A stretch of DNA of 63,366 nucleotides, the filler included, from Choristocarpus tenellus KU-1152 (taxonomy: Eukaryota; Protista; Phaeophyceae): NCBI GenBank assembly GCA_964200185.2. It is 11 parts of 11 records of this genome, joined end to end, with 100 filler letters (N's around TTAATTAATTAA, not from the genome) between each part and the next. Parts side by side here need not be neighbours in the genome. Positions count along the whole stretch, not along the records: positions 22,131 to 27,702 come from CAXNAD020010381.1; positions 27,803 to 35,504 come from CAXNAD020005725.1; positions 35,605 to 45,131 come from CAXNAD020003603.1; 8 more parts are not named here. One strand, written 5' to 3'. The notes under the pieces are model-generated. The model worked only from the letters and a program-made list of their open reading frames with translations. It was not told the DNA's origin and made no database searches. Below, piece after piece: positions 26,786 to 38,265 of the stretch. The number at the start of each line of letters is the position of its first letter. The stretch's first letter is position 1. The position numbers and the translations under genes were made by a program.

Positions 26786-26796
26786 GGTTATGAGCC
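26786..26796 (+). promoter_or_regulatory. Copia-type primer binding site GGTTATGAGCC
   Basis: Directly follows the LTR CA end; resembles the GGTTATGGGCCC PBS of copia (internal tRNA-iMet fragment primer). Confidence 0.7.
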
Positions 26797-28847
26797 TCAA
26801 CACTTGATCGCCACATACAACAACACATTTGCCCGACCTTATCTTGTACTTCCACCAACTACACACTAGACAAACCCACTGTACCGCCATGGAACACAAG
26901 CTAACACTTATTTCCCCTGGCCATGACTCCCCCTGAAAAGCGTTCGAACTGTGCTTCGTGAGTATCTGGAGCTGTGTGGACCCTTCGGGCCCAGCGAGTT
27001 TTGATCCAGCACACTTCTCATCTTTTCACCACTAATACTCCACCTACCATCCAATACGAAGGAGTTGTCGACCAGCTGTTACGCAGTCTCGTTGCTACCT
27101 GCCACGGACCTGCGCAAGACCTTCATAGACTCCAGCAGGGGGCAGTAATCCCGACCAGTGTCTCATGCACCTCCACAAGACTAAAAGCTGAGTCGGGAAC
27201 CCCTCAGCTTTAGTCCTACTGATCGAGCTCTCCACTGCACCTACTGTCACCAACCCGGACACCCCCCTTCACCATTTTCCAAACCTTCCTCCTGTCCCCA
27301 CCTGACCATCACCCGATGATCCCACCCCAACACATCACAGAACCTGCTCAAGACCTGTTACAGGCGCCCCCCGAAAGCTTACCTCCGCAGGATGTAGTAT
27401 AGCTCCAATCTACGGGCCTATAGATGATACTGATGTACGTATAGGACTCCTGATGCACAAGTTGTCAAGTATGCTGGATTTCTCACTTGGATTATCATCA
27501 ATATCATCGTATAAAAAGGAACTGGGTCTACATTGTCTTATCACAATCGGGGACCATAATGACCAAATAATAAAGATATAATCAAGAAGTACAAATATAT
27601 AAATCTAGAACTTCAATGTCGTAATGGTGTTTATGAAATCGCCATCAAGACATATCGCCTGTAACATGCCCCCCTAGCATGAAGCATAACTGCTTCAATG
27701 TGNNNNNNNNNNNNNNNNNNNNNNNNNNNNNNNNNNNNNNNNNNNNTTAATTAATTAANNNNNNNNNNNNNNNNNNNNNNNNNNNNNNNNNNNNNNNNNN
27801 NNCCTTACTCAACCCACACCAGTTACCACTCCACCCAACCCCACCCCCCTTGCCACTCCCCCACACCACTCAACACCACTCCACAATCATCCAAGAACAC
27901 CCCTTCACCATAAACTTCATACCGCGCCTTTGAACTAGAAGACATCTACCCCGCTCGAACTTGACCTGCCCTCCCTTTACCCAGCATTCCAATCGTTCGT
28001 GAGCAACCGACAGGGTGGGTGGGTGGGAAAGCTCAGAGTTTGTCTTGTTTCAGCCCCTCCTCGTCTTGTACCACCAGCCCTTGGTTTCCTTTACAAACTG
28101 ACCATTCCTTCCTACCTTGTGCCCCCACCTACCAACCACTTCTTCAAGTTATCTCCTGCCTCTTCTGCCTCCTAATCATTCAGTACTTAACTCTTCGTTC
28201 ACCCCTTGCCTACTTTTTCTTTTTCCTTCCTCACCTCTCCCTCCACTACCACATTACCACCAAAATTCTTCCGCCCACAAAACTCGGATTACTTCATAAA
28301 CTTTCCCTTTCTAACATGTCCAGAAAATATCCAAAACAATAACTACTATAGGTTTTTCGGTTCTATGTAAAATGGGAATGAGTGTGTTGTCGTATCTTTT
28401 TGATAACACAATGTTGTTTCACTTGCGTGGCTCTGGGCTGCCCAGAGCTCCTAAGCCTATAGTTGTTGATTGTTCGAACAACAATGGTATCAGTAATCAA
28501 TCTCTATTTCATCCTTTTAACAATAGTAGTTGTGTTGGTGTGATGACCACCTAAAACACCCTCCACTACCTCTAACCACTGCTTGTAGAATATAGTGTAA
28601 GTCCATCGACCATGAAGTTTTCCTTATGGTGCGTAGGGATCATATACATCTCTTCCTTTAATGCTAGCTCTTCAGTGCGAGCTCGGTGAGGATGTGAGAG
28701 AAACCTTTTTTGGTTGCTATAGGCTACTGCAAACTCCCATGATGTCGTTATGTGCATTTGTTGGAAGCTTCCAACAGGGATTATTCACCTCTTGTATTGC
28801 CTGAGTCATTACCGGTTCTGTATCGCGTCTTTATATATCAAACCAAA

Positions 28848-30032
28848 ATGGATCTCCTTGCGTGAGGCTTCAAGATGACACTAGTATCTAACTTCATACC
28901 CTTGACCATACCTGCCACCGTAGCTCGACGCTCGGTGACTTCAATGTAGATCAATCTCCTGGAAACGTTGGCGTCATCCACGACAACTTTGTCTCGAGTT
29001 GGGACGATGGAGAAGGGCGTTGGGATTGGTCGGGTGATCGCAGTGAGTCTCCTGAAACACAGAAGCGCATTGTCATTACTGGCGGTGCCGGACAGATCGC
29101 ATACGCACTTCTTCCACTCATTATACACGGGAATATCTTTGGGCCAGACTGCAAGGTGCCACCACTGCTTTCTTTCTAGTACAATAACGTTAACCCTATG
29201 GAAGCCATTTTCAGCAGTTTGTGCTGTATTGTATAGTTGTTTTAGGTGGAAGCAAGCTCTGATACGATAATTGTCAAACTATCGAGATTTGTCGACGGTC
29301 CAGCATTCATTGTCCATGTCTAGACCTCAGACTAGCAGGTGGATGCTGACCTCGTCATGGAACTGACATAAAACCATTTCCAGAAATGAAAGCACCTGGT
29401 AGAAGCGTTTTGCCAGAGGATTGGATATGGGGCAGGGGTTGAACCCGGCCCCCCACAAAGTCGCTTGGTTGCCAGTGTGACGGCGTAACAGCAAAAAATG
29501 TATAGAAGCATTGATGGCACATGTATATAGTATTATTCATAGTTTCCTGCATTGCTGCACTATCTGGTTGATCCCAGACCTCAACTGGCAAAAATTCTAA
29601 TGCCATTAAATATTAATGTTCAGAGTCTCCACTCTCTAAATCTCCTTGAGGATTCGATTCCATGCAGTCAACTAGTACTATTCCTCCCTATCCTTCCCTC
29701 TGACCACTCTACCCTACCTCATCTTTCATCCTCCCTCGACCCTACCCCGCTCTCTGCCATCACTCTGGTCCACTTCCTTACACCTGGATGCCTGGTGCCG
29801 CCAAGGTGAGCCTGCGCCTCCTGGACGTGGAGGCGTGTTCTACGGCCCTGGAAGGCGTGGCCATGGAGATACGTGACTGTGACTGTGACCTGGTGTGTCG
29901 GAATTGAGTGCTTACACACCCCATGCTTTTGGAGTGTATTTGTTGGTCACATTCACAAGCAATATTTGTACAGACTTGTCCACACTTTTTCTGTGTGACC
30001 TGGAGGTACAGAGAGAGAGAGAGAGAGAGAGG

Positions 30033-30077
<45 letters not shown>

Positions 30078-30645
30078 GGAGAGAGAGAGAGATACGTCTA
30101 GATGATCTTTCTCGATGCTGTTATGTCACCACTTGTGCTTGACAAACGGGACATACAATGCCACGAATCCCGCCCCCCGCCCCCCTCCCTCCCCCAACCT
30201 TTTTTAAATCCAAAGTGTATACACAGTCCACGATGTGTTTGCTCTCCCTCCTGACAATCACCCCTTATACAGTGTATGTACAATGGGAAATAACGCATTG
30301 CCAAGTTGATGTTATATTTGACATGCGGTCCTGGCGACCATGCTGACTATGGGCCAGTGATGGGGTTTGGCCTGTGATTGGGAAAGCCTGACCCGGAAAG
30401 CACTTCCAACTCGTTTGAACGGCTTCATGAAAAATAGAGTGCTAAAAAAAGATATATCAACCGGCTTTGTACTATCACCTTGCCAACAATGAGCATCGGT
30501 GCAACTAACCCTAACCTTAACCCTTGCTGCTGTGTTACCCTGTTGCTGATGCAAGGTGACGGATGTTGTGGCCACGACTGATGTCGATGCCGCCTTCGAA
30601 GGTGCAGATGTTGCTGTGCTATTAGGGGGGTTTCCTAGGCAACCG
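28848..30645 (+). CDS. MDH1: Malate dehydrogenase, cytosolic (MDH1) type, 5' part; exons 28848-28861, 28924-29155, 29806-29892, 30556-30645
   Basis: RIVITGGAGQIAYALLPLIIHGNIFGPD|VSLRLLDV...ALEGVAMEIRDC|...AFEGADVAVLLGGFPRQP; all phases consistent; missed by the ORF track. Confidence 0.9.
30010..30092. repeat. Compound (GA)n/(GATA)n microsatellite
   Basis: Direct reading. Confidence 0.9.
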
Positions 30646-30878
30646 GTGAGGCGTGTTTTGTGGTCTACTCTACGGTGTCGAGGGTGCTTGGGTGAAAGCC
30701 GGGTCTATTCCTGATACAGCGATTGACAAGATGATTGTGTGTATTGTATTGCCTGAAGTATTTTAAGGCAGATACTCTATTTTGTATTTTCAAACGTGAT
30801 CCTGAAATTTAGCTAGTACTAGTACTAGTACTGATACTGATGCTAATACCAACACTAGAACTAGGACTAATACTAATT

Positions 30879-30879
<1 letters not shown>

Positions 30880-30914
<35 letters not shown>

Positions 30915-30915
30915 T

Positions 30916-30952
<37 letters not shown>
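30880..30952. repeat. (TAC)n microsatellite
   Basis: Direct reading. Confidence 0.9.
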
Positions 30953-30953
<1 letters not shown>

Positions 30954-32499
30954 ATACGAATAATAACAATAGTACTTGAAATATTTAATATTAGTAAAGG
31001 TAAAGGTTAGGGCATCAGACTGTTCTTGAGGATTTAGGGTTAGATGTATGATGGCTGGGTATTTTGCATCTTTGTTAATTTTGTAGTCATTGTATGTCCC
31101 TTCTTGAAAGTGTTGTTGACACTTGGAGACAAGTGTGCTTCGCATTTTGTTAGCCACAGGGTACCGGAGGTAAGGGTTTGAGTTTTTTTTTACCAAGTTT
31201 TGTTTGTGAGGAGGGGGGGAGGAGGGGAAGATGCAGGACAAGAGCCCTTCGCCTTTGCTTGCTGGTATCTGAAATCAGGGCAAACTTCCACCCACTTTCA
31301 AAGCAGCACTTGCTTTTCATGAAAAAGTACAGCAACAGAGTTTGTAGGTTGTTCTGTGATGGTGTTGCCGGCAACTGCTTTGATGGAGTACGTTGATATG
31401 CCTTCCAACGAGAGTACTTTACTTCCGGGTGGCCCCGAGCAGGGGTTGCTTTACTTTGTGGTGTTGAGGTTGTGTGACCCTTCTATGTTCCCTGCTCTAG
31501 TGTACCACAAGGCAGACAAATGCAAATGCAAATGCAGATGCGGACACAGACAGAGACACAGGCATATATTGGTATTTGTTCCGGTGGATGCCAATGCGCT
31601 ACTCTGATGGTTTGGGAAGGAGGGTAGCAAGGGTGTCTTTGAAGTTTTTGAATACATGCATGCACGCACGCACATCCCGCAACAAAAAAAATGATTTGGT
31701 ATTTAAATATAGTTGTGTAATGTAACAAAAGTATAAATTCTTCACAGCACTTTTTTTTATGAGGACCCTATCTATCTGTTGGTGGGCGAAATCACTAGTT
31801 GTTTAAACTGTTGCTGGTGTTGGTGCTCTAGCACGTTACGCAAGCACCTATTATTTTTTTTATTACTATTGTTTTTATTGTTCCTATTACAGTCGGTGTA
31901 CCTACATAAGAGAGGGTAGGGGCAAGCAAAAATCCCCTCTCTTATATCCCGATCCTCTCCTATTGCATATACGCGTGCTTTTCTCTTAAACCGAGGGATC
32001 GTGATAAAATAAACCAATTTTATACCAAGAAAAGTGGTCGTTGGCACTTTATACTTGCCCCCACACGACAACAGAGCGATGCCCTTGATGTAGATATATG
32101 TATTGAACACTGCCCTCAGTGAGCCCATTTTGATGGAGCTGTGGTGGTGGAGCAAGCACCACATCTACACCACCCCTCCACAGTACACCAGTGTCATATG
32201 TATACTCTGTACTGTAACGTGGGTAACATTACACTCATTACGATGTATTCACTCATATGTATAGTACACTTTCCTAAGAAAAGCATCCCCAAGTGTTTGA
32301 TGACTGGAGAGACAACTTGCAGTTCAAATCAAATCAATGTTCAAAGTCAATCTTACTCCAATGCCCTGCCCTACGTATTCAATTGCACTCTACAAGAATA
32401 TTATACAGTACAGTATCAAAAACGCCACCATCGATCAAATGTAGCTGCACTGCCATGCACCTCCCACTGCATGCACTGAGTAAAACAACTTATTCGCTG

Positions 32500-33487
32500 A
32501 TAAGAAAATCATGACTGCCAAAAAAATCTCGAATGTCACTTGTTTGATTGCCCTTGTCCCGATTATGCGGAGCCAAGTCAGCTTTGCTTTCCGGAGATGA
32601 TACGAATCATCATTCATACTGCACTCTTCGACAGCTGTTTCTAAGCTTGCAAACTCGCCAGCTACTTGAGAGTACGGCGGTGGAGGAATCGAGAACACCA
32701 AAGAGGCTTCTCCTTTCTTCATGGCCCCCGATGCGCTGCCCCCTCCCATAAACCTATCGCCATCCTCGTCACCCAGTCTTTCATGTTCTCTAGTATTGCA
32801 TTGGCCACTTCATCGTTGTCTTTCACACCGATCCACGCTCTTGCTGCGTTGATGGAAGCCTGAGACGTATTTCTGCTGGGCTTAAGGTGCAGAGCGTCAA
32901 GATCATTAGAGAGATCCTCATTAATATATAGGGACACACCTTGTGGGACGTTACCTCTACGAGCAAAAGGACCATTCATGATACTGCAATACACAGTACA
33001 GACATTACAATACGACAGAAATGTGCGCAAAATTTCAAAAATTCAATCATGATCCTCATCAGCAGACAGTGCATAACGACAATTCAATCGCGATCACAAT
33101 CAACCTACTTTCAGAATTTCAATCCACATGCCGACGCACCTCGGTATGTTTATCACCCCTTGTAGGCTTGGCATCAGACTTTAGTGTCTGCGCTTTCTCC
33201 ATGATGCTTGTTGCCTCCTTCAACTTGTAGAGGGTGCTGCGATCGATTCCAAACTTTTGAGCAACCTCAGTTCCCGTCATGGTCTTCAGGAGTCTCAATG
33301 CTTCCAACTTCTCTGCAAAACTCAAACCTTTACTGTTGTTGGCACCGTGAGGCTTGTAGGGATAGACTTTCTCTGTAGATATATTTGGCAGCACTTTACC
33401 CTTGCCCTTGTTCTTGTTAGCGTGGTGCTTTGATGCCATGTTGTCACAGGCTGGAGGACTCAAAGCCTTGCGCTTGGTGGGGCTCAC
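32500..33487 (-). pseudogene. pogo/Tigger (CENP-B-like HTH) transposase relic, internally deleted
   Basis: LSFAEKLEALRLLKTMTGTEVAQKFGIDRSTLYKLK is an HTH_psq/CENP-B N-type motif; C-terminal fragment frameshifted; no DDE core seen. Confidence 0.7.
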
Positions 33488-34849
33488 GCACTATTTGAAC
33501 AAGCATTTCATTTTGCTGGAGACAAAATTTATACACGAAGTCGCAAATGCAATGAAGATAGTCACCACCAATATGACAATTGTGGGATGTATAGTGTGGT
33601 GGACCAGGAGTATTACCCTTTATGTTGCAACTGGATCCCGCTGCGTTGGGCATCGTTATATCGGTAGAATGTAGTAGTCTAAACTTGATGTGATACACTG
33701 TACGTACTGCACTGCACATTACTAAGAGGCAAAAGACTGCTATACTTTGTATTGCTGGTCTCGAGGAAGTTTTTGGGTTATTTTGTTATATTGTCTAACT
33801 TTATGCATGACGTTTTGGGAAATCCCTTGATCAAGTAGCGAAAAAAATGGAAGTTTGCTTGATACAAGAGAGAATTGATAGGAAAACGCAAAACCTCTCT
33901 TATAGCCTGAAAAGTGGTGATAAGCCAATATTCCCTCTCTTATATCCCATTTTCTCTTCTATCGACCTCTCTTATATACAAACATCAACTTTAATACTAA
34001 TATTACTATATATTACAGGTAGATGGGAAGCACAGGAAGGCAGTAGTAGTACAATATTGATAGTGGTGAAGTAACTGATAGATTAGTGTTTTTCACACTT
34101 GGTGTTTTATATTGTTTTTCAAATTTATTATATTTTATTTTTTTAGGGCTTATACTGACATATGCATAGTTTTCATTTGTTTTCCCCCTGACACATCTGG
34201 AAAATGTCAGAACGTGTGGAAGTGTCAAAGGTGCCCAGTTCTCTGCTCAAGGGGGCAATCACAATCACCGGATTGAACTCTTTCACCTCAGAGGGTGAGA
34301 CCGAGTTTCAAAAGGTCTTGGCTCAACTTCTCAGAACAGATGAGGAAATCCAGAACAGAAAAAAATGTTAAAACACAACAGATGTTCCCGAATGACTGAG
34401 CAATGTCACAGCAAAGAAATGGATCGGTCAGAATCGGAATGGTTCTTCATTCTGACAGTCCATTTTGGCTGTTTGGTCAAATCTGCATCTTATGGGTGTG
34501 GTTGGTTTATTGGACTTGTCGGTGTGGATGAGCTCAAATGATGTGATTGGTGCGCGCAATTTATATGACCGTGCGTCTTATGCACAAGTGTGTGTGTCGG
34601 AGATCCCAAAAAAGGAACCTGTCCTTGACAGAGGGCATAATAATATAATATAATAATTATTATTGCAGTTACTACTATCATCATTGTTATTACTATTACA
34701 GTGGGTTACCCGATTTTGTTCACCCATGGGCATGCCCGAAAAAAGAGGAACAAAATTGATATGGTACAAAATCCCATTTGTTCTACTTGGTACAAAACCG
34801 GGCATCCGACTATGTGCCAAGTGTTACAATATAGGGAGATTTTTTAAAG

Positions 34850-35202
34850 CAGGATTGTATACGTCTGACGACTACGACTAGTAATCGTGGGAATCGTAAT
34901 CGTTGAGCTAATCTTGGAGAGTTTCAAGAATTAGTTGTAGAATCGTCTAATAATTGTGGCATTCCTGGGAAATGAATTGTAGAATCGATTAAGTAATCAT
35001 GGCGAGCTGGGAAATCAATCATGGAATCGACTAATTAATCGTGGCGAGCTGGGAAATCAATCGTGGAATCGACTAATTAATCGTGGCAAGCTGGAAAATC
35101 AATCATGGAAGCAACTAACAATCGTCAGTTTATTTTTCGACACCCACGATCGTGATTAAATCGTTTTTACGATTAAATAATCGTCAGACATGTGCAGGGT
35201 TG
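34850..35202. mobile_element. Non-autonomous TIR element with an internal 42-bp tandem array
   Basis: Ends share inverted GTCTGACGA / TCGTCAGAC; ~5 units of AATCGTGGCGAGCTGGGAAATCAATCGTGGAATCGACTAATT. Confidence 0.6.
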
Positions 35203-35725
35203 TGAAAAGATGAAAGACCAAATCGACGCAAAGACACACTACAACATGATTGTAACTGTACGCCACATACTCCACGGGTCAGTGGATACCTCTCGTGTCC
35301 TTGCAAGCTTCATGGATAGGATGGAAACGATTACGAGTGCCTTTTTCTAATGATGTTTATATGTTAATGCGCATCTCCCGCCTTGCCCTACGGAAAGCGA
35401 ATACTGTATGTACCTTCTACCTCAGTCTCTTCAGTCCTTCTAAAACATATTGTCGCTGTCCTGGCGTAATCTTACTGTGACGCAACCCCAAGACGAAAGT
35501 ATATNNNNNNNNNNNNNNNNNNNNNNNNNNNNNNNNNNNNNNNNNNNNTTAATTAATTAANNNNNNNNNNNNNNNNNNNNNNNNNNNNNNNNNNNNNNNN
35601 NNNNTTTAAGACCACCTTTTTCTTTCCCAAGCTCCCCCCCCCCCCCCCCCCCCCATCCCAAGCCGTTCCTCAGCCGTCATTGTCCAGCAATATGCCACCA
35701 CAACTACTTGCATCACCCAACTCAC

Positions 35726-35962
35726 CTGCCCATCTCCATGCTTGTCAAATCTTTGAGCAAGGGTCTTGACCTCCCATCTCTCCAACTGCATTGGCAGGGC
35801 CTTCAGGGCAGCAGAAAATTCTTTCAAGCTCATTCGACCTCTGCCTGACGAGTCATGCTATTAATATTCAATTGTCCCAAGTATTATTGATGTAGCAGTG
35901 GTGGATCATATGCAGAGCACAAAGTCATTCATTGAAGGGCGTTGGTGTGTAGTGGTGCGCCA

Positions 35963-36015
<53 letters not shown>

Positions 36016-36609
36016 AAGGGGGTTTAAATCATATATACAAGAATATATGCAGGGAGTGAGTGTTCGGGAAGATTTTTATTGTTGATGCCAGCGTGCCTGA
36101 TATAGGCAGACGAGCAGATTGTGAGGGATCAGGTCTGGAAAGGGGTAGATAGGTAGAGTGAACATCACCAGAGGCTGGTTTCAATACATTCCAAATGTAT
36201 CATGATGTCAATGTGCAAGGGATAAGTAAACACTTGAAAGTATTTTCAATGACCTGAGTGCCATAACAACAAAAGGCTCAATACGTGACTCATTGCGCAC
36301 AACCAAGTGCTCACTCTCATCATTCTACGTGGGCTCCCTCCATCAGTCTTCTCGTATACTTCTCTCTGCATTGCACACCAAGATCAAAACCTCTTACTAT
36401 CGTTATTGTTATTACCATAACGCAACTCATGATCAGGTCTGTACTGGCCCATGGTCAATAGGTAATGCAATGTATCATTACCAATCTTCAATCCGGCAAC
36501 TAGTACCTGGTGGAAAAGGAATATTACCCCATGACACCCCTGATTGTGACTGGCCTTTCGCCACTTCTTCACTATCCGGTGACGGCTTAAAAGAGACCAC
36601 AGCAGCTTC
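35726..36609 (-). CDS. EF-hand protein exons (36609-36555 tentative; 35857-35726)
   Basis: HDSSGRGRMSLKEFSAAL...LAQRFDKHGDGQ bounded by TAG| and |GTGAGT; upstream exon KLLWSLLSRHRIVKKWRK needs a GC donor. Confidence 0.7.
35968..36012. repeat. (GT)n microsatellite
   Basis: Direct reading. Confidence 0.9.
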
Positions 36610-37422
36610 CTTTTTGGATTGCAGAGGATGGAGGTGGGTCAGACCATAATACACAGAAGTAATATCTTGTGGAGATAGCCTCTAAAGGAGAGGGATAGGC
36701 GCAGAGCTGGGTTGTCATCCGAGAACAGTCACAAGAAATGTGGGGGTTAGGGTTAGTGGAATAGATGGGGGAGGTAAGCGCCAGTAGGAGGGGGGTGGGG
36801 ATATAGGAAGGTGAAGGTGAAGGTGAAGGTGAAGGGAACTGCAATGTTTCCTTGGGAATAGAGTGGTACATGCAGTAGTAGGTAAGAATATATGCTACAT
36901 AGTATCTAGCATGTTCATCTCCCTTCCCATCCATCTCTCTTTTCTGAATTATCTAAACACAAGATGTACTACATTTACATCCCTTACTTGTGTAAACTAG
37001 TGTTGTTAGTCTTGTATGCAGGGCATTGTTACTGACAATGATCCACAAGGAAGGGTTGTGCACATGTTAACCAACCCCTACCCTAATAGGTGACACCAAC
37101 TGCATATGCTGTTTTTGCTAAAATTGACATTTACGTCTACTCCTACCCTGAAAATGATAACGAGCCCTTGATAAACTAAATAAAAGAGGTATAGAAGATA
37201 ATCATTGTATTGATCTACACCAAATTATACTCATACCCATCAGAGATACAAATATGTCGCTAGATTTACCAACCGTACTTCGGAGTGCATATTATACTTC
37301 AACGTAGTGTTCTACGAGTTAATGCGCTTTGAAGTCAGAATTGGTGGAGCTAGACGTCATATTTTTGATGCACCTGTACTCTCTTGATTCAATAAACTAC
37401 CAGAGTCGAAAGATCGATTAGA

Positions 37423-37424
<2 letters not shown>

Positions 37425-37477
<53 letters not shown>
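37425..37477. repeat. (AC)n microsatellite
   Basis: Direct reading. Confidence 0.9.
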
Positions 37478-37479
<2 letters not shown>

Positions 37480-37674
37480 AGAGGTCACCAGTCCAATACA
37501 AGGTTGATCGGTTCTTGACAAAGCACATCTTCACCACCCCAGTTCAAGTTCTGACCCCACCCAATCTACACAGTACCCCCACCGCTACTTCTTTCTCACC
37601 CCAAGTTACTCAACACTTCCGACTCTCACCCTTACTTTCCTGTCCCTGTTTCACGCATACATGCATACACACAG

Positions 37675-37758
37675 GTTGACTGTCGAGAATTCTGTGCCTT
37701 CATGACACTTGAGGATAAACTGTCCGTCACTACTACCACTACCAGCACTTCCGCTGTC

Positions 37759-37801
<43 letters not shown>

Positions 37802-38265
37802 TTCCATTAAGTCGGTGGCATAATAACACCTCTGCCAGTAACACTCCCTCACCACCAGGGAGACAACAATTGCAGTCTGATGCGGGCAGGGACCAGGATA
37901 ATGACCAAAGTACAGGTGTGAGGGAAAAGAGTGGAAAACACAGAGGCTCCCTGACACTGAACAAGGCGAGTCGGAAGTACAACAGTCACACAGGATTCCC
38001 CTTCCGCCCCCAACAAGGATGGGAAGCGGCGGGTGTTTTGCAGTGGGGTAGAAGTTTGAACAGGAGGGGCGAGAAAGCTGCCACAGTGGACTGGGTCGAA
38101 GTGGAACATGAGTTGGACCAGATGTTGATAGAGCAACACAAGATCGGTTTGTTTTTGAAGAGGGAATTGGAAAAATTGCCAGTCTCAGCAGGGCTTCCAG
38201 AGGAAGGCTCTCACAAAGCCCAGAACTCTTCGAAGAAGGGAAAGGATGAGAAGGTAGGAGGGTGA
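37675..38265 (+). CDS. Exon starting with the second half of an EF-hand (VDCREFCAFM), then poly-Ser and a low-complexity tail
   Basis: Pyrimidine tract plus CAG acceptor; open frame to a GT donor at 38254 or stop at 38265. Confidence 0.65.

Noticed and set aside
28838-29270. ORF-track calls at 28838(-), 28951(-), 28968(+)
   Set aside because: The real coding frame is the unlisted MDH exon
34911-35125. CRISPR-like array (also 53397-53506)
   Set aside because: Units are contiguous tandem repeats without unique spacers; no cas genes; eukaryotic context
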